This document shows positions 46,865 to 56,364 of a stretch of DNA of 64,000 nucleotides, one piece after another. Source of the stretch: a virus (taxonomy: Duplodnaviria > Heunggongvirae > Uroviricota > Caudoviricetes). How positions within the stretch are numbered: the stretch's first letter is position 1; every line of letters starts with the position of its first letter. The notes beneath the pieces are model-generated. The model did no database searches. It was not told the DNA's origin and saw nothing but the letters and a program-made list of their open reading frames with translations. The position numbers and the translations under genes were made by a program. The DNA lies in IMG/VR virus record IMGVR_UViG_3300028534_000019, positions 31,091-95,090 of that record. The stretch is one strand, 5' to 3'.

Positions 46865-46872
46865 TATTTATA
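46865..46872 (-). promoter_or_regulatory. late promoter TATAAATA (minus strand) about 50 nt upstream of gp19 paralog A, with a GGAGG RBS
   Basis: TATTTATA on the + strand, which reads TATAAATA on the - strand. Downstream leader AAAAAAAGGAGGAAGTT-ATG. Confidence 0.5.
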
Positions 46873-46886
46873 TATGGTATTTTTTA

Positions 46887-47399
46887 TCAATCCCAATGTG
46901 AATAATTAAATGTAACAGTAAACTCTAACAACCCTTCTGTATCATCACTATAAGTAGATTCAGATAATGCTTTAGGATATAAATCATATATTGTATATGT
47001 AGCCATTGGTGAGTTATCTTTTGTGCTTAATTGTTGTAAAACAGCATCAGTCATATAACTTGGTGCTGATGAAGCACTTCTATTATTTGTATTAAAATCA
47101 TCTATAAAATTCATCCAAGCTAAAAATGCTTTTCTTAATGTATGCTGTTCTGTATCAACAAATGTTAAATCCCAAGTTCCTGTAAAAAGTGTTTCACCAG
47201 CGATAGTTAATTTTTTACCTTGTACATATACTTCTACATCAGCAAATTCTTTACCAGGAATATTAGCACCTTTAACTAATGTATTAACTATATTATTACC
47301 CGGCCCGCCACCTTTTGAATTAAGAATTAGTTTATATCTATTTGACCTAGCACCTATACCAAGTGTATTTTTTAGATTTTGAATTGTACTATTTGCCAT
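46887..47399 (-). CDS. 19: tail tube protein, gp19 family (paralog B)
   Basis: Clear paralog of the previous gene (MANSTIQNLKNTLGIGARSNRYKL vs MASSKVQELKSTLGLGARANKYRV). Same C-terminal WPxxxS...EFTV..F..HW pattern. Confidence 0.8.
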   Translation of the reverse strand: MANSTIQNLKNTLGIGARSNRYKLILNSKGGGPGNNIVNTLVKGANIPGKEFADVEVYVQGKKLTIAGETLFTGTWDLTFVDTEQHTLRKAFLAWMNFIDDFNTNNRSASSAPSYMTDAVLQQLSTKDNSPMATYTIYDLYPKALSESTYSDDTEGLLEFTVTFNYSHWD

Positions 47400-47410
47400 T
47401 ATATATCCTT

Positions 47411-47935
47411 TTAAAATGTTTCAATATATGATGCTTTGGCTGTTATACTAAATTCAGCTATTGAAGCACCAGCACTATTATCTAAAGTCGGCCCGCCTAC
47501 TGTAACTAAAATACAATCTTTGAATTTAATAATATCTTGAAAGGTATTAATATCAAAGTCAGTGGCAGTTTGAACTAATATATCAAACCTTTGGTTTTTA
47601 GGGTATTCTCTTGAAAATTTTTGTGAAGCACTTGACCACATTCTATATAGTGTAAAATTTTCTAAATCTTTCATAGTAACAGTAACTTGAAAATTTTCTA
47701 ATCTACCCACTGCAAATCTCCATTCCTCAGCTACCCATTCCTCAATAGGTGATGAATTAACCTCAGCTAACTGTATATTAGTTATAGCGGCCGTCAGTGT
47801 ATCAGGGTCAACTGTAATAGCACCAGCGGCTGTTCCACCTGTTGGTAATATCATAACCTTAAATTTAGAGGGGTCTTGCCATCTAATAGACTTAGCAAGT
47901 TGTATAGGTGCTGATAAAGCCATAAGCATCTCCAT
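47411..47935 (-). CDS. tail-tube-fold protein (third, divergent gp19/gp48/gp54-like paralog)
   Basis: Same size class and the first gene of the minus tail operon. Similarity to the other two is weak. The real start may be the third Met (GGAG 6 nt upstream). Confidence 0.5.
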   Translation of the reverse strand: MEMLMALSAPIQLAKSIRWQDPSKFKVMILPTGGTAAGAITVDPDTLTAAITNIQLAEVNSSPIEEWVAEEWRFAVGRLENFQVTVTMKDLENFTLYRMWSSASQKFSREYPKNQRFDILVQTATDFDINTFQDIIKFKDCILVTVGGPTLDNSAGASIAEFSITAKASYIETF

Positions 47936-47936
47936 A

Positions 47937-47956
47937 TTTTATAAATATTTATAAAA
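47937..47956. promoter_or_regulatory. perfect 20-nt palindrome TTTTATAAATATTTATAAAA carrying T4-type late promoter TATAAATA on both strands (bidirectional late promoter)
   Basis: TATAAATA at 47940-47947 (+) and as the complement of 47946-47953 (-). Sits between divergently oriented structural genes, about 17 nt before the + ATG. Confidence 0.65.
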
Positions 47957-47964
47957 GGAAAACA

Positions 47965-48654
47965 ATGGCTTTAGTATATAAAGAAGAATATAAAAATATA
48001 GCTAAAATAGGTGGTAAAGAAATTCATTTTAAACCGTGGAATACAAAAAATGAAAAAGAATTTTTAATTGCTGTTGAATCTGATGAAGATATTACAGATT
48101 CAATGCTATATGAATTATTAGTTAAACCTTGTATAAAAGAACAAGATATTGTACTTGATGAATACGAACAAAAATTACTTATGATTGAAATGAGGAAAAA
48201 ATCTATTGGTAGTACTTTCCCATTGAGTTACAAATGTTCTAATTGTAAAAATCTTAATGAGATTGAAGTAGAATTAGATGATATTATTAAATATAATGAA
48301 CCAAAATATGATGAGGTTACCGTAGAAGATATAACTATATCTTTTGGAGTTCCAAGAACTGAAAAATTAATCAAAAGACTTGATGAAGTTGATACAAAAG
48401 TAGAAAAAACTTTTTATAATTTTTTAATACATATAAACTATATTATTATTGATGGTGTTAAAGAAGATACATTTAGTTTTGAGGAGTTAAAAGATTATAT
48501 TGAAAGTTTACCAACATCTATTTTTGATGAATTTTATGAAAAATATAGTGCTATGAGTCCTAATTTAAGGTTTGAGTTAGACCAATATTGTATGTTTTGT
48601 AATGAGAAAAATCAGATTAATCTTGAAGGAATCCCAAATTTTTTATGGGCATAA
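47965..48654 (+). CDS. zinc-ribbon protein, paralog 1 (candidate tail assembly chaperone / hub protein)
   Basis: 229 aa. CSNCKN...CMFCNEKNQ. Paralog of the next gene (MALVYKEEYKNIAKIGGKEIHFKPW vs MALQYKQSYNNISKIGDKEIHFRPW). Immediately upstream of the tape measure. Confidence 0.5.
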   Translation: MALVYKEEYKNIAKIGGKEIHFKPWNTKNEKEFLIAVESDEDITDSMLYELLVKPCIKEQDIVLDEYEQKLLMIEMRKKSIGSTFPLSYKCSNCKNLNEIEVELDDIIKYNEPKYDEVTVEDITISFGVPRTEKLIKRLDEVDTKVEKTFYNFLIHINYIIIDGVKEDTFSFEELKDYIESLPTSIFDEFYEKYSAMSPNLRFELDQYCMFCNEKNQINLEGIPNFLWA

Positions 48655-48889
48655 TGGTAGAGTCATCTTTACTAAGTATATACCAATTTTACTCTAATAT
48701 GAAATTTTTTGGAAATTATTCTATTCCTGAGGTTGATGAAATGTTGCCTTTTGAAAGAGATATTTTTTACTCTTTATTAGTTAAACTTAAAGAAGAACAA
48801 AATAAAGTTGGTATGTAAAAATTAAGTATTTTTTAGATATAATATATTTAATTTAAAGAATAAAGAACCATTATGTCATTAAAGACTCA

Positions 48890-49618
48890 ATGATAAATAT
48901 AAACAAAAGGAAAATTATGGCTTTACAATATAAGCAATCGTATAATAATATCTCTAAAATAGGAGATAAAGAAATTCATTTTAGACCTTGGAGTGCTAAA
49001 GATGAAAGACTTTATTTGAAGTTAATTGAAAAAACTGAAAATATAACAGAAGAAGATTTTTATAACACTTTAATAAAACCTTGTATAGAAGAAAAAGATT
49101 TAGTTTTAAGTCAAGCAGAACAAAAGAAACTATTACTAGATATTAGAATTAAATCAATTTCTGAATTTATTGAAGATGATATTGTATGTGAAGAATGTGA
49201 AGAAATCACTAAAATCAAAGTTAAAATAGAAGACTGTTTAACTTATATACCAAATACATTTAAACCAATTAAAATAGATGATATAGAGATTGAATTTGAT
49301 AAACCAAAAACAATGAAAGATTATTTTAATGTAACTGAGGGTGAAAGTGTCGTAGATTATATCTATGATATGTTTTTGCTACATATAAGTAAAATAAAAA
49401 TGGTTAGTGAAGATGGTGAAAAAGTTTATGATGATATTTCTATTCAAGATAAAGAAGATTTTATAAATTCATTACCTAGTAAGATGTTTGATGAATTTTT
49501 TGAAAAATTTCAAGAAATGCTAGATGAAACAAAAATAACCTATAAGTTTACTTGTCCTAAATGTAAACACAAACAAGAAACAGACTACAATTTTATACCT
49601 AACCTTCTTTGGGTATAA
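48890..49618 (+). CDS. zinc-ribbon protein, paralog 2
   Basis: 242 aa. CEECEE...CPKCKHKQ. See the previous feature. Confidence 0.5.
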   Translation: MININKRKIMALQYKQSYNNISKIGDKEIHFRPWSAKDERLYLKLIEKTENITEEDFYNTLIKPCIEEKDLVLSQAEQKKLLLDIRIKSISEFIEDDIVCEECEEITKIKVKIEDCLTYIPNTFKPIKIDDIEIEFDKPKTMKDYFNVTEGESVVDYIYDMFLLHISKIKMVSEDGEKVYDDISIQDKEDFINSLPSKMFDEFFEKFQEMLDETKITYKFTCPKCKHKQETDYNFIPNLLWV

Positions 49619-49654
49619 AATAAACTATAAAATCTCTTACTATATTAAGTTATC

Positions 49655-49662
49655 TATAAATA
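49655..49662 (+). promoter_or_regulatory. late promoter TATAAATA 30 nt upstream of the tape-measure ATG
   Basis: Exact T4 late -10 consensus. Confidence 0.5.
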
Positions 49663-49692
49663 CTTTTAAGATAAAAATAGTCAGGAGATTTT

Positions 49693-52600
49693 ATGAGTGC
49701 TAACAAAAGAACTAATAAAAGAAAAACTTTTAAAAAACCTACATTAATAACTTTACCAAAAATAAAAGGTAGTGATTATAGAAATAAAGATAATTATGAA
49801 GAACCTAATGGTTTTAAAGAAAAAAAATCTAAACCATCATCTTTATTTGCTAAAATGGCTCAAGATTTAGCTAAGGTTAAAAAAGAGAATGAAGAATTAA
49901 ATAATAAACTTGAAAAAATTTATGAAGTTCAAAAAAACTCTAATGCTCAGATAATCAAAAACCAACAACAAAGTATAGATATACAGCACGACCAAATGGA
50001 ACAACAAAGAGAGGCTGAATATAAAAAAGAACATTCTTATGCTAAAAAAGTAAAAGAAAAAATAGTTTATATTAAAGAAAAAACTAAAGATTCTTTATCA
50101 AATGCTGGTGGAAAAATCAAGAATGGTTTTAATAAAGTAAAACAGAAAACATCAGGTTTTTTTGATTTTATAAAGAAAGCAGCGGGAATAGCATTATTTT
50201 TAAAACTTTTTTGGCCGGTGATTAAAAAGAAAGTGATACCTTATGTTAAAGATACACTAATACCTCAAATTAAAGATTTTTTAAATAATAAAGTAATACC
50301 ATTTTTTAAAGATACTGTAATACCCGGCTTAGAGAAATTTTTCAAAGATACACTTTGGCCGATGATAAAAAACAATTTTGGTGATATTTTAAAAGGGTTA
50401 GGTATAACAGCATTTTTGTTAAATCCTGTTAAATTTATAACAACAGCAATAAAATTGGCTTTTAAAACTACTTTTTTTGGAATTAAACAAATAGTAAAAT
50501 TATTACCTAAACTAGCAGGTTTTTTAAAATCACCAGCAAAATATTTAGCAACAAAAGGGTTAGATTTAGCTAAACAAGGTGCTACTAAGGTTTCTGATTT
50601 AGCTAAACAAGGTGCTACTAAGGTTTCTGATTTAGCTAAACAAGGTGCTACTAAGGTTTCTGATTTAGCTAGAGATGGAGTTGATGCTGTTTCTGATTTT
50701 ACAAAAAATGATAGTATAAGTGATATGGCTGAAAATGGTTATGATAAATTAAAAGACTCTAAAGGAAGTGGTGGTTTATTAGAAAAAATTAATAAAAAAA
50801 TTGATTCTATGAAAGAAAAAATAACAAAAATTTCAGGGTCTTTGATAGATAAAGGAATTGGTTTAGCTAAAAAATTACCATCAAGTTTTGGTGCCGCACT
50901 GAAAATGTTAAAACCACTAGCAAAACTTATTCCATTTTTAGGAACAGCATTAATGGTGTGGGATGTTATAGATTTATTTTTCCCTAATTTAACAAGTAAA
51001 CTCACAGAATTTTTTAGTTGGAAGAATATTAAAGAAATGGCTTCAAGTATATGGGAAAAAGTTAAAGAAGTATTTGGTAGTGTTTCTAAATGGATAAGTG
51101 ATAAATTTAGTGGTATAATTTCAAGTGTAAGAAAAATGGTAGGTAAATTATTTTTAATGAGTCCTATGACTGCATTGTTACCTGATTCTATTAAGAAAAA
51201 AGTATATAATTTTATTGTAGGAGATGATAAAGAAGCTAAAAAAGAAGAAAAATCTTCAGCTATGTTTAAAAAAGGTTATGCTAATGATGATTGGGGTGAT
51301 AATAGTATAAATGAACAAAAGATTAAAAAAGATTTAAAAACAGGTAAAATTAATATTAAAGATTTAGAAGCATTGTTACAATATGGGAATTTAGATGAAG
51401 ATGAACAAGATAAATTAAAGAAAATAATTTCTTCTAATACTAAAACTAAAAAAACTAAAAAAACTTTAGGTAATGTTTCATCTATTAGTAATACTACTGA
51501 TGTTAAAAAACCTCTAACAAAAGAACAAAAACAAGATAATTATATTAAATCTATGGATGCCCAAATTGGAGCATTTACAAAAACAAGAGATAAAATTAAA
51601 ACAGCACTTGATAATAAAGATTTAAGTCCTAAGAAAAGAAAAGGTTTAGAGAAAGCATTATCTTATTATGATACACTTATCAAGAAGAAACAAGAAAAGA
51701 AACAAAGTTTAGTAAAACATAAAAAACATAAAAAACCTACAAGAACATCAGAATCATCATATATGATGGCTGATGGGAAAGGTGGGAAAGTTCCAATAAC
51801 TAAAGAGCAACACGACAGAATGGATGCCATTCAAAATAAAATTTCTGTTGCTTTTGATGGTGGAAACAGTGAAGAAATAGATAAATTACTTAAAGAACAA
51901 GAAGATTTAAGAGCAACAATAATTAAAGAAGGATTTAAACCTTCACAAAGTATAAGTATTTCTAATACTTCTAGTAGTTCTAGTACAACAAATAATTCTT
52001 TTGGTAATGTTAGTAATGTTAGTAATGTAGGTAATACTTTTTTATCAGCAAAACCTAATACTGCTCAAAGTGTAGCAAATCCAAGTGAGTCTGAAACACC
52101 AAAAACAGATGGTTTTTTTACTTCTCAAATGAAACCTAGTTTTGATACAAAACCAAAAGATGTAAGTACAAGTGGTTTTAATCAATCACAAAGTAATGAT
52201 TTAGATGATAAAGAAAGAAAACAATTAAAAATGGAAAAAATACCTGCTAAAAAAATATTCAAATTAACAGGTAGTGCTTCAAGTGGTGGTTTTGAAAAAA
52301 TGAATAAATCATTACAACATAATGTTAAATTATTTGGTATGGAATATGCTGAAAAAACAGGAGAAAAACTAACTATTAATTCAGCATATAGAAGTGTTAA
52401 ATTACAAAAAAAATTATTTGAAAATAAGAAAAAAGAAGTAAGAAAAAAACACCCTGAATGGTCAGATAGTCAAGTTCTTAGGGAAACAAGAAGATGGGTA
52501 GCACCTCCAGGGAGAAGCGCACACAATTCAGGTTTAGCAATTGATATAGGTTATCAAAATAGAAAATCTCCATCAATGGATAAAGCAGATAGATTAGGTT

Positions 52601-53952
52601 TATTATCAAAATATGGTTTAACAAGGATGTTACCAAACGAGCCTTGGCATATTACACCATCAAGTTTAACAAAAACTGATTTAAAATCAGTTGCTAATGA
52701 AATAGAACAAGATGTAAAAGATGGTAATTTTACAGAAGATAATATTACAAAAGGAGTATATTTAGCTAAAGCAACAGGTTCTACAATATCAGATATGGAT
52801 GAGCCTGAATTACCAAGTACTTTAGCAAATTCTTTAACACAACCTAAAGAACAAAGTATAACTATACCTAATACAAGTAATGTAGCTAATACAAGTAATG
52901 TAGCTAATACAAGTAATGTAGCTAATACAAGTAATGTAGCTAATACAAGTAATGTAGCTAATACAAGTAATGTTAAAAATAAAAAAAATAAGTTTAAAGA
53001 ACTTGTTAAAAAAATTGATGGGTCAATAGTTTATGCTCAAAGAGGATTAAAAGATTTTGGTATAACTTCTCTTAATCCATCAGATATGGGAGAAGCAAAA
53101 AATAGTGGTGGTTTTGTTGGTAATGAGTCATTATATGATAAACAGGATTCTTTATATACTGATATGTTAAAAAGTCAAAAGGCTCAAAATAATATTGTAA
53201 AAGATTCTTATAATGCTTATAGTACAGTGGATGGTGCTATTAAAACTGAAAATGTACCTGATGGGTATGAAATATATACAACAGATGGTGGTGTATCTAC
53301 ATTAATTAAGAAACCTTTAGAAGATAGCAAGAATAATAAACCTATGGCTAAAGAAGTTGTAAAACAAGAACAACAAATACAACATAAACCTATGGCTAAA
53401 GAAGTTGTAAAACAAGAACAAAATCAAAGTGTATATAAAAAAGGGTTGAGTAAATTTGGTAAAATACTATCTAATCCATTTGAAAGTTTAGGTAATGGAA
53501 TAGAAAAAGTTGTTAGTAAAACACAAGATTTTGGTAACAAAGTTAAAGATGTATTAACTGATAATCCTATTGTTAATAAAGAGAAAGAAATAATAGATAA
53601 TGTTAGTGGTAGTATAAGTGGAATTTTTGGTGGAGTTGAGAATCATTTTGATGATATGAGTTCAAAAATTAAAGGTAAAGATAATATTAATTTATTAAAT
53701 GATAATAAATCATATTCTAAAGCACCTTTACAAAAAGCAAAAGTTAAAAAAACTTCAGCACCAAAAATAGATATTGATAATGTAGCCAAAAAACTATTAG
53801 CATCAAATAAAACAGAAACTAAACAAGTAAAAGATGAAAATAAAGCACCTATAATAATTAATCAGTCATCAGGTGGTGTTAGAAATGATGATGTTTCATT
53901 ACACGAAATAAAACCAAAACAAGATATGTTTGGTATTATGGAGATGTTATAA
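49693..53952 (+). CDS. tail tape-measure protein (gp29-like) with an internal M15-family peptidoglycan peptidase domain
   Basis: 1419 aa. Long helical/coiled regions and hydrophobic segments. Internal SAYRSVKLQ...APPGRSAHNSGLAIDIG matches the M15 (VanY-like) SxHxxGxAxD zinc motif. Several tandem amino-acid repeats. Located between chaperone-like paralogs and baseplate genes. Confidence 0.7.
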   Translation: MSANKRTNKRKTFKKPTLITLPKIKGSDYRNKDNYEEPNGFKEKKSKPSSLFAKMAQDLAKVKKENEELNNKLEKIYEVQKNSNAQIIKNQQQSIDIQHDQMEQQREAEYKKEHSYAKKVKEKIVYIKEKTKDSLSNAGGKIKNGFNKVKQKTSGFFDFIKKAAGIALFLKLFWPVIKKKVIPYVKDTLIPQIKDFLNNKVIPFFKDTVIPGLEKFFKDTLWPMIKNNFGDILKGLGITAFLLNPVKFITTAIKLAFKTTFFGIKQIVKLLPKLAGFLKSPAKYLATKGLDLAKQGATKVSDLAKQGATKVSDLAKQGATKVSDLARDGVDAVSDFTKNDSISDMAENGYDKLKDSKGSGGLLEKINKKIDSMKEKITKISGSLIDKGIGLAKKLPSSFGAALKMLKPLAKLIPFLGTALMVWDVIDLFFPNLTSKLTEFFSWKNIKEMASSIWEKVKEVFGSVSKWISDKFSGIISSVRKMVGKLFLMSPMTALLPDSIKKKVYNFIVGDDKEAKKEEKSSAMFKKGYANDDWGDNSINEQKIKKDLKTGKINIKDLEALLQYGNLDEDEQDKLKKIISSNTKTKKTKKTLGNVSSISNTTDVKKPLTKEQKQDNYIKSMDAQIGAFTKTRDKIKTALDNKDLSPKKRKGLEKALSYYDTLIKKKQEKKQSLVKHKKHKKPTRTSESSYMMADGKGGKVPITKEQHDRMDAIQNKISVAFDGGNSEEIDKLLKEQEDLRATIIKEGFKPSQSISISNTSSSSSTTNNSFGNVSNVSNVGNTFLSAKPNTAQSVANPSESETPKTDGFFTSQMKPSFDTKPKDVSTSGFNQSQSNDLDDKERKQLKMEKIPAKKIFKLTGSASSGGFEKMNKSLQHNVKLFGMEYAEKTGEKLTINSAYRSVKLQKKLFENKKKEVRKKHPEWSDSQVLRETRRWVAPPGRSAHNSGLAIDIGYQNRKSPSMDKADRLGLLSKYGLTRMLPNEPWHITPSSLTKTDLKSVANEIEQDVKDGNFTEDNITKGVYLAKATGSTISDMDEPELPSTLANSLTQPKEQSITIPNTSNVANTSNVANTSNVANTSNVANTSNVANTSNVKNKKNKFKELVKKIDGSIVYAQRGLKDFGITSLNPSDMGEAKNSGGFVGNESLYDKQDSLYTDMLKSQKAQNNIVKDSYNAYSTVDGAIKTENVPDGYEIYTTDGGVSTLIKKPLEDSKNNKPMAKEVVKQEQQIQHKPMAKEVVKQEQNQSVYKKGLSKFGKILSNPFESLGNGIEKVVSKTQDFGNKVKDVLTDNPIVNKEKEIIDNVSGSISGIFGGVENHFDDMSSKIKGKDNINLLNDNKSYSKAPLQKAKVKKTSAPKIDIDNVAKKLLASNKTETKQVKDENKAPIIINQSSGGVRNDDVSLHEIKPKQDMFGIMEML
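50563..50661 (+). repeat. perfect 33-nt tandem repeat x3 inside the tape-measure gene (DLAKQGATKVS x3)
   Basis: GATTTAGCTAAACAAGGTGCTACTAAGGTTTCT repeated three times head-to-tail. Confidence 0.8.
52870..52974 (+). repeat. 18-nt tandem repeat x5.8 inside the tape-measure gene (NTSNVA repeats)
   Basis: AATACAAGTAATGTAGCT repeated. A related 9-nt AGTAATGTT repeat lies at about 52003-52030, and a 33-nt duplication (PMAKEVVKQEQ) at 53341 and 53389. Confidence 0.8.
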
Positions 53953-53955
53953 ATA
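53948..53955 (+). promoter_or_regulatory. late promoter TATAAATA overlapping the tape-measure stop, 21 nt before the next ATG
   Basis: Exact motif. Confidence 0.45.
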
Positions 53956-53975
53956 ATTTAAAAAGGTATTAATTT

Positions 53976-54686
53976 ATGATTTATCCATTAAATTTATTTA
54001 CACCAGACCCTATAACAAATAGCCTTAGACCATTTATGATGTTCTCAGCAAAAGAAGTCAATTTTAATGCTATGAGGGCTAAATCGTGGTCTGATGCTAA
54101 GGAAACATTATCAACAAAAATGATATTTGCTTTACCTATACCAAATACAGGTATTATGGATTCATTCCAAAATGAATATGGCAGTGAACCATCAGTTGGT
54201 GGTTTACTTGCTCAGAAAGCCCAAGATACTTTTAATGCACTTCCGGGTGCCGCTGGAATTTCATCAGCATCAGCAAGATTAGGCTTTGTTGCCGACCCTA
54301 AATATACTCAACTATACAAAGGTTCTTCACCTAGAAGTTGGAGTGGTACTTGGCAAATTGTTCCTGAATCATTAGGAGAATCACTTGTTGCTCATATGAT
54401 GTTAAGAGCAATTAAATATTGTGCCGCACCTGATAAAAAATCTGATGCTAGTAATAAAATAGGTGTATTAATACAGCCTTATGTTTTTTCAATAACAATT
54501 TCTAATCCTTTAATAGATAGAGCAGTAAAATTTGATAAAATGGTGATGAAATCTTATGATATTACTTATTATGCTCAAGGTTATGCTAGTTCTTATAAAG
54601 ATATGTTTCCAAAACAAATATCTTTATCATTAAAATTTGAAGAATTTGGAATTAAAACTAGAAAAGATTGGGGAAAACCTTTCTAA
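53976..54686 (+). CDS. tail/baseplate structural protein (possible gp48/gp54-like tube-baseplate junction)
   Basis: 236 aa, directly after the tape measure as gp48/54 are in T4. No strong motif. Confidence 0.4.
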   Translation: MIYPLNLFTPDPITNSLRPFMMFSAKEVNFNAMRAKSWSDAKETLSTKMIFALPIPNTGIMDSFQNEYGSEPSVGGLLAQKAQDTFNALPGAAGISSASARLGFVADPKYTQLYKGSSPRSWSGTWQIVPESLGESLVAHMMLRAIKYCAAPDKKSDASNKIGVLIQPYVFSITISNPLIDRAVKFDKMVMKSYDITYYAQGYASSYKDMFPKQISLSLKFEEFGIKTRKDWGKPF

Positions 54687-54706
54687 TAAGAGAGTAAGGA
54701 AAAATA

Positions 54707-55216
54707 ATGAAAAATAAATATTTAGAATTTGATAATATGGATTTTATTGATAACAAACAAGTTAAGAATTTCACAAGGTTATCTTATTTACCTGATTTAC
54801 CTAAAGATTTTTGGGATAATTTTACATTTGATACATATTTAGTTGATGATGATGAATATATAGAAGGTATATCTTGGAGATTATATGAAACTACTGATTA
54901 TTGGGATGTATTAATGTTTCTAAATGGTATAACAAATTTTTATGATTTACCTAAAAATTTCAATGTTGTTGTAGAAAGAACTATGTCAAAAGTTGATAAA
55001 TGGAATCAGTTCTCAAATAAAAAGTTATCAGAAGAAGAAAAAGAGAAAAAATATAAAGAGTTATTAGATAAAGAAAATGAAAAAAATGAAAGATTTAGAC
55101 ATATTAAATATCTTACACCAAGTGGGTTATCTGATTTAGAACATTATTTAGATACATTTAAAGGTAAACCAAAAATATTACCTAACTTAATAATAAATCC
55201 ACCACAAGAAAACTAA
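54707..55216 (+). CDS. hypothetical structural-module protein
   Basis: 169-aa ORF in the baseplate cluster. Confidence 0.4.
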   Translation: MKNKYLEFDNMDFIDNKQVKNFTRLSYLPDLPKDFWDNFTFDTYLVDDDEYIEGISWRLYETTDYWDVLMFLNGITNFYDLPKNFNVVVERTMSKVDKWNQFSNKKLSEEEKEKKYKELLDKENEKNERFRHIKYLTPSGLSDLEHYLDTFKGKPKILPNLIINPPQEN

Positions 55217-55243
55217 ATATCTAAATATACTAAAGGAGTATAA

Positions 55244-56353
55244 ATGGGTTATAATATAGGGGTACAATCAAACCATTTTAAAGAATTTTCTTTAACAATA
55301 GATGGTATTAAGATAGTAGAAGAACAAATAATATCACTTATGATAAATTGGGATATTAATCACTTTAAAATAACAGGTTCTCTTAGTTGGAAAGATGGAA
55401 GTTGTATGGTAGAAGAAACACCGATTAGAGGTGGTAATACAGTAGTAATTAATATGACTGATTTTGATGGGGCTTCATATTCAGGGAACTTTAAAGTCTT
55501 AAATACAAATTATGAAAGAAGCACAGATTTTTATATAAGTACAATATCTTTTATTGATACAGAAAGTTTTAACATTTTAAAACTTTATCCAACAAAGTCT
55601 TGGCTTCAAGCAACTATGGTACAAATAATTGATGATGCCAAGACAGCAAAACCTTTCTTAACTTCAAAAGGTAAAGAATTTAATGACCCTGGTTTAATGC
55701 ACGAGAATTTTGTTGTGCCTCAAAATAAAAACTTTTATTGGACAATAGAGTGGTTAAAACAAAGAAATAATAGGTTAATGTTTCAAAATAGAGAGAAATA
55801 TATTATTGATGATTTTAATACATTAATAAACAAAGGTGTTAAAGGTAAGCCATATTATTTTAAAGCAAATAATGCTTCATATAAAAGAAATGTTTATGAA
55901 TATAGTGTAAAAAATTCAGATTTTATTAAGAATATAGCAACTATGCCAAATGTAGAATTTCCTTATTTTAATGTTGATTACAAACATAAACAACAAACAA
56001 AAGGCTCATATGCAGATGCTTCAGGTGCTATTGGTGGGCAAGGTACATTAAATGATTTTAGTTCAAATGGGGATAAATTTAGTTTTATATCAAATACAAA
56101 TTTTGAAGAAACTAAAGATTTTTATTTTCAGAAAAATGCTTTATCTAACTTAGTTGTAGAAATATTAGTTCCTGGGCAATGTAAAACAAATTTAGGTGAT
56201 GTAGTATGTTTAGAATTTGATAATTTATTTGAGGGAAAAGGTCCGGAAAAGAATATTAAAGGTAAATTTCTAATTGTAGGATTAACAGATATTTTTCAAA
56301 ATCCTGAATATTTACAAAAATTAACATTAGCAAGACCAAAATGGTTTAAATAA
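55244..56353 (+). CDS. baseplate protein (possible hub gp27-like)
   Basis: 369 aa, immediately upstream of the gp5-like gene. Confidence 0.4.
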   Translation: MGYNIGVQSNHFKEFSLTIDGIKIVEEQIISLMINWDINHFKITGSLSWKDGSCMVEETPIRGGNTVVINMTDFDGASYSGNFKVLNTNYERSTDFYISTISFIDTESFNILKLYPTKSWLQATMVQIIDDAKTAKPFLTSKGKEFNDPGLMHENFVVPQNKNFYWTIEWLKQRNNRLMFQNREKYIIDDFNTLINKGVKGKPYYFKANNASYKRNVYEYSVKNSDFIKNIATMPNVEFPYFNVDYKHKQQTKGSYADASGAIGGQGTLNDFSSNGDKFSFISNTNFEETKDFYFQKNALSNLVVEILVPGQCKTNLGDVVCLEFDNLFEGKGPEKNIKGKFLIVGLTDIFQNPEYLQKLTLARPKWFK

Positions 56354-56364
56354 AGGGATATTAA

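Noticed and set aside
52870-52974. Regular short tandem repeats (18-nt x about 6, 33-nt x3) that could superficially suggest a CRISPR-like array
   Set aside because: The repeats are contiguous with no spacers, in frame inside a 1419-aa ORF, and translate to NTSNVA and DLAKQGATKVS peptide repeats. They are coding tandem repeats of the tape-measure protein.
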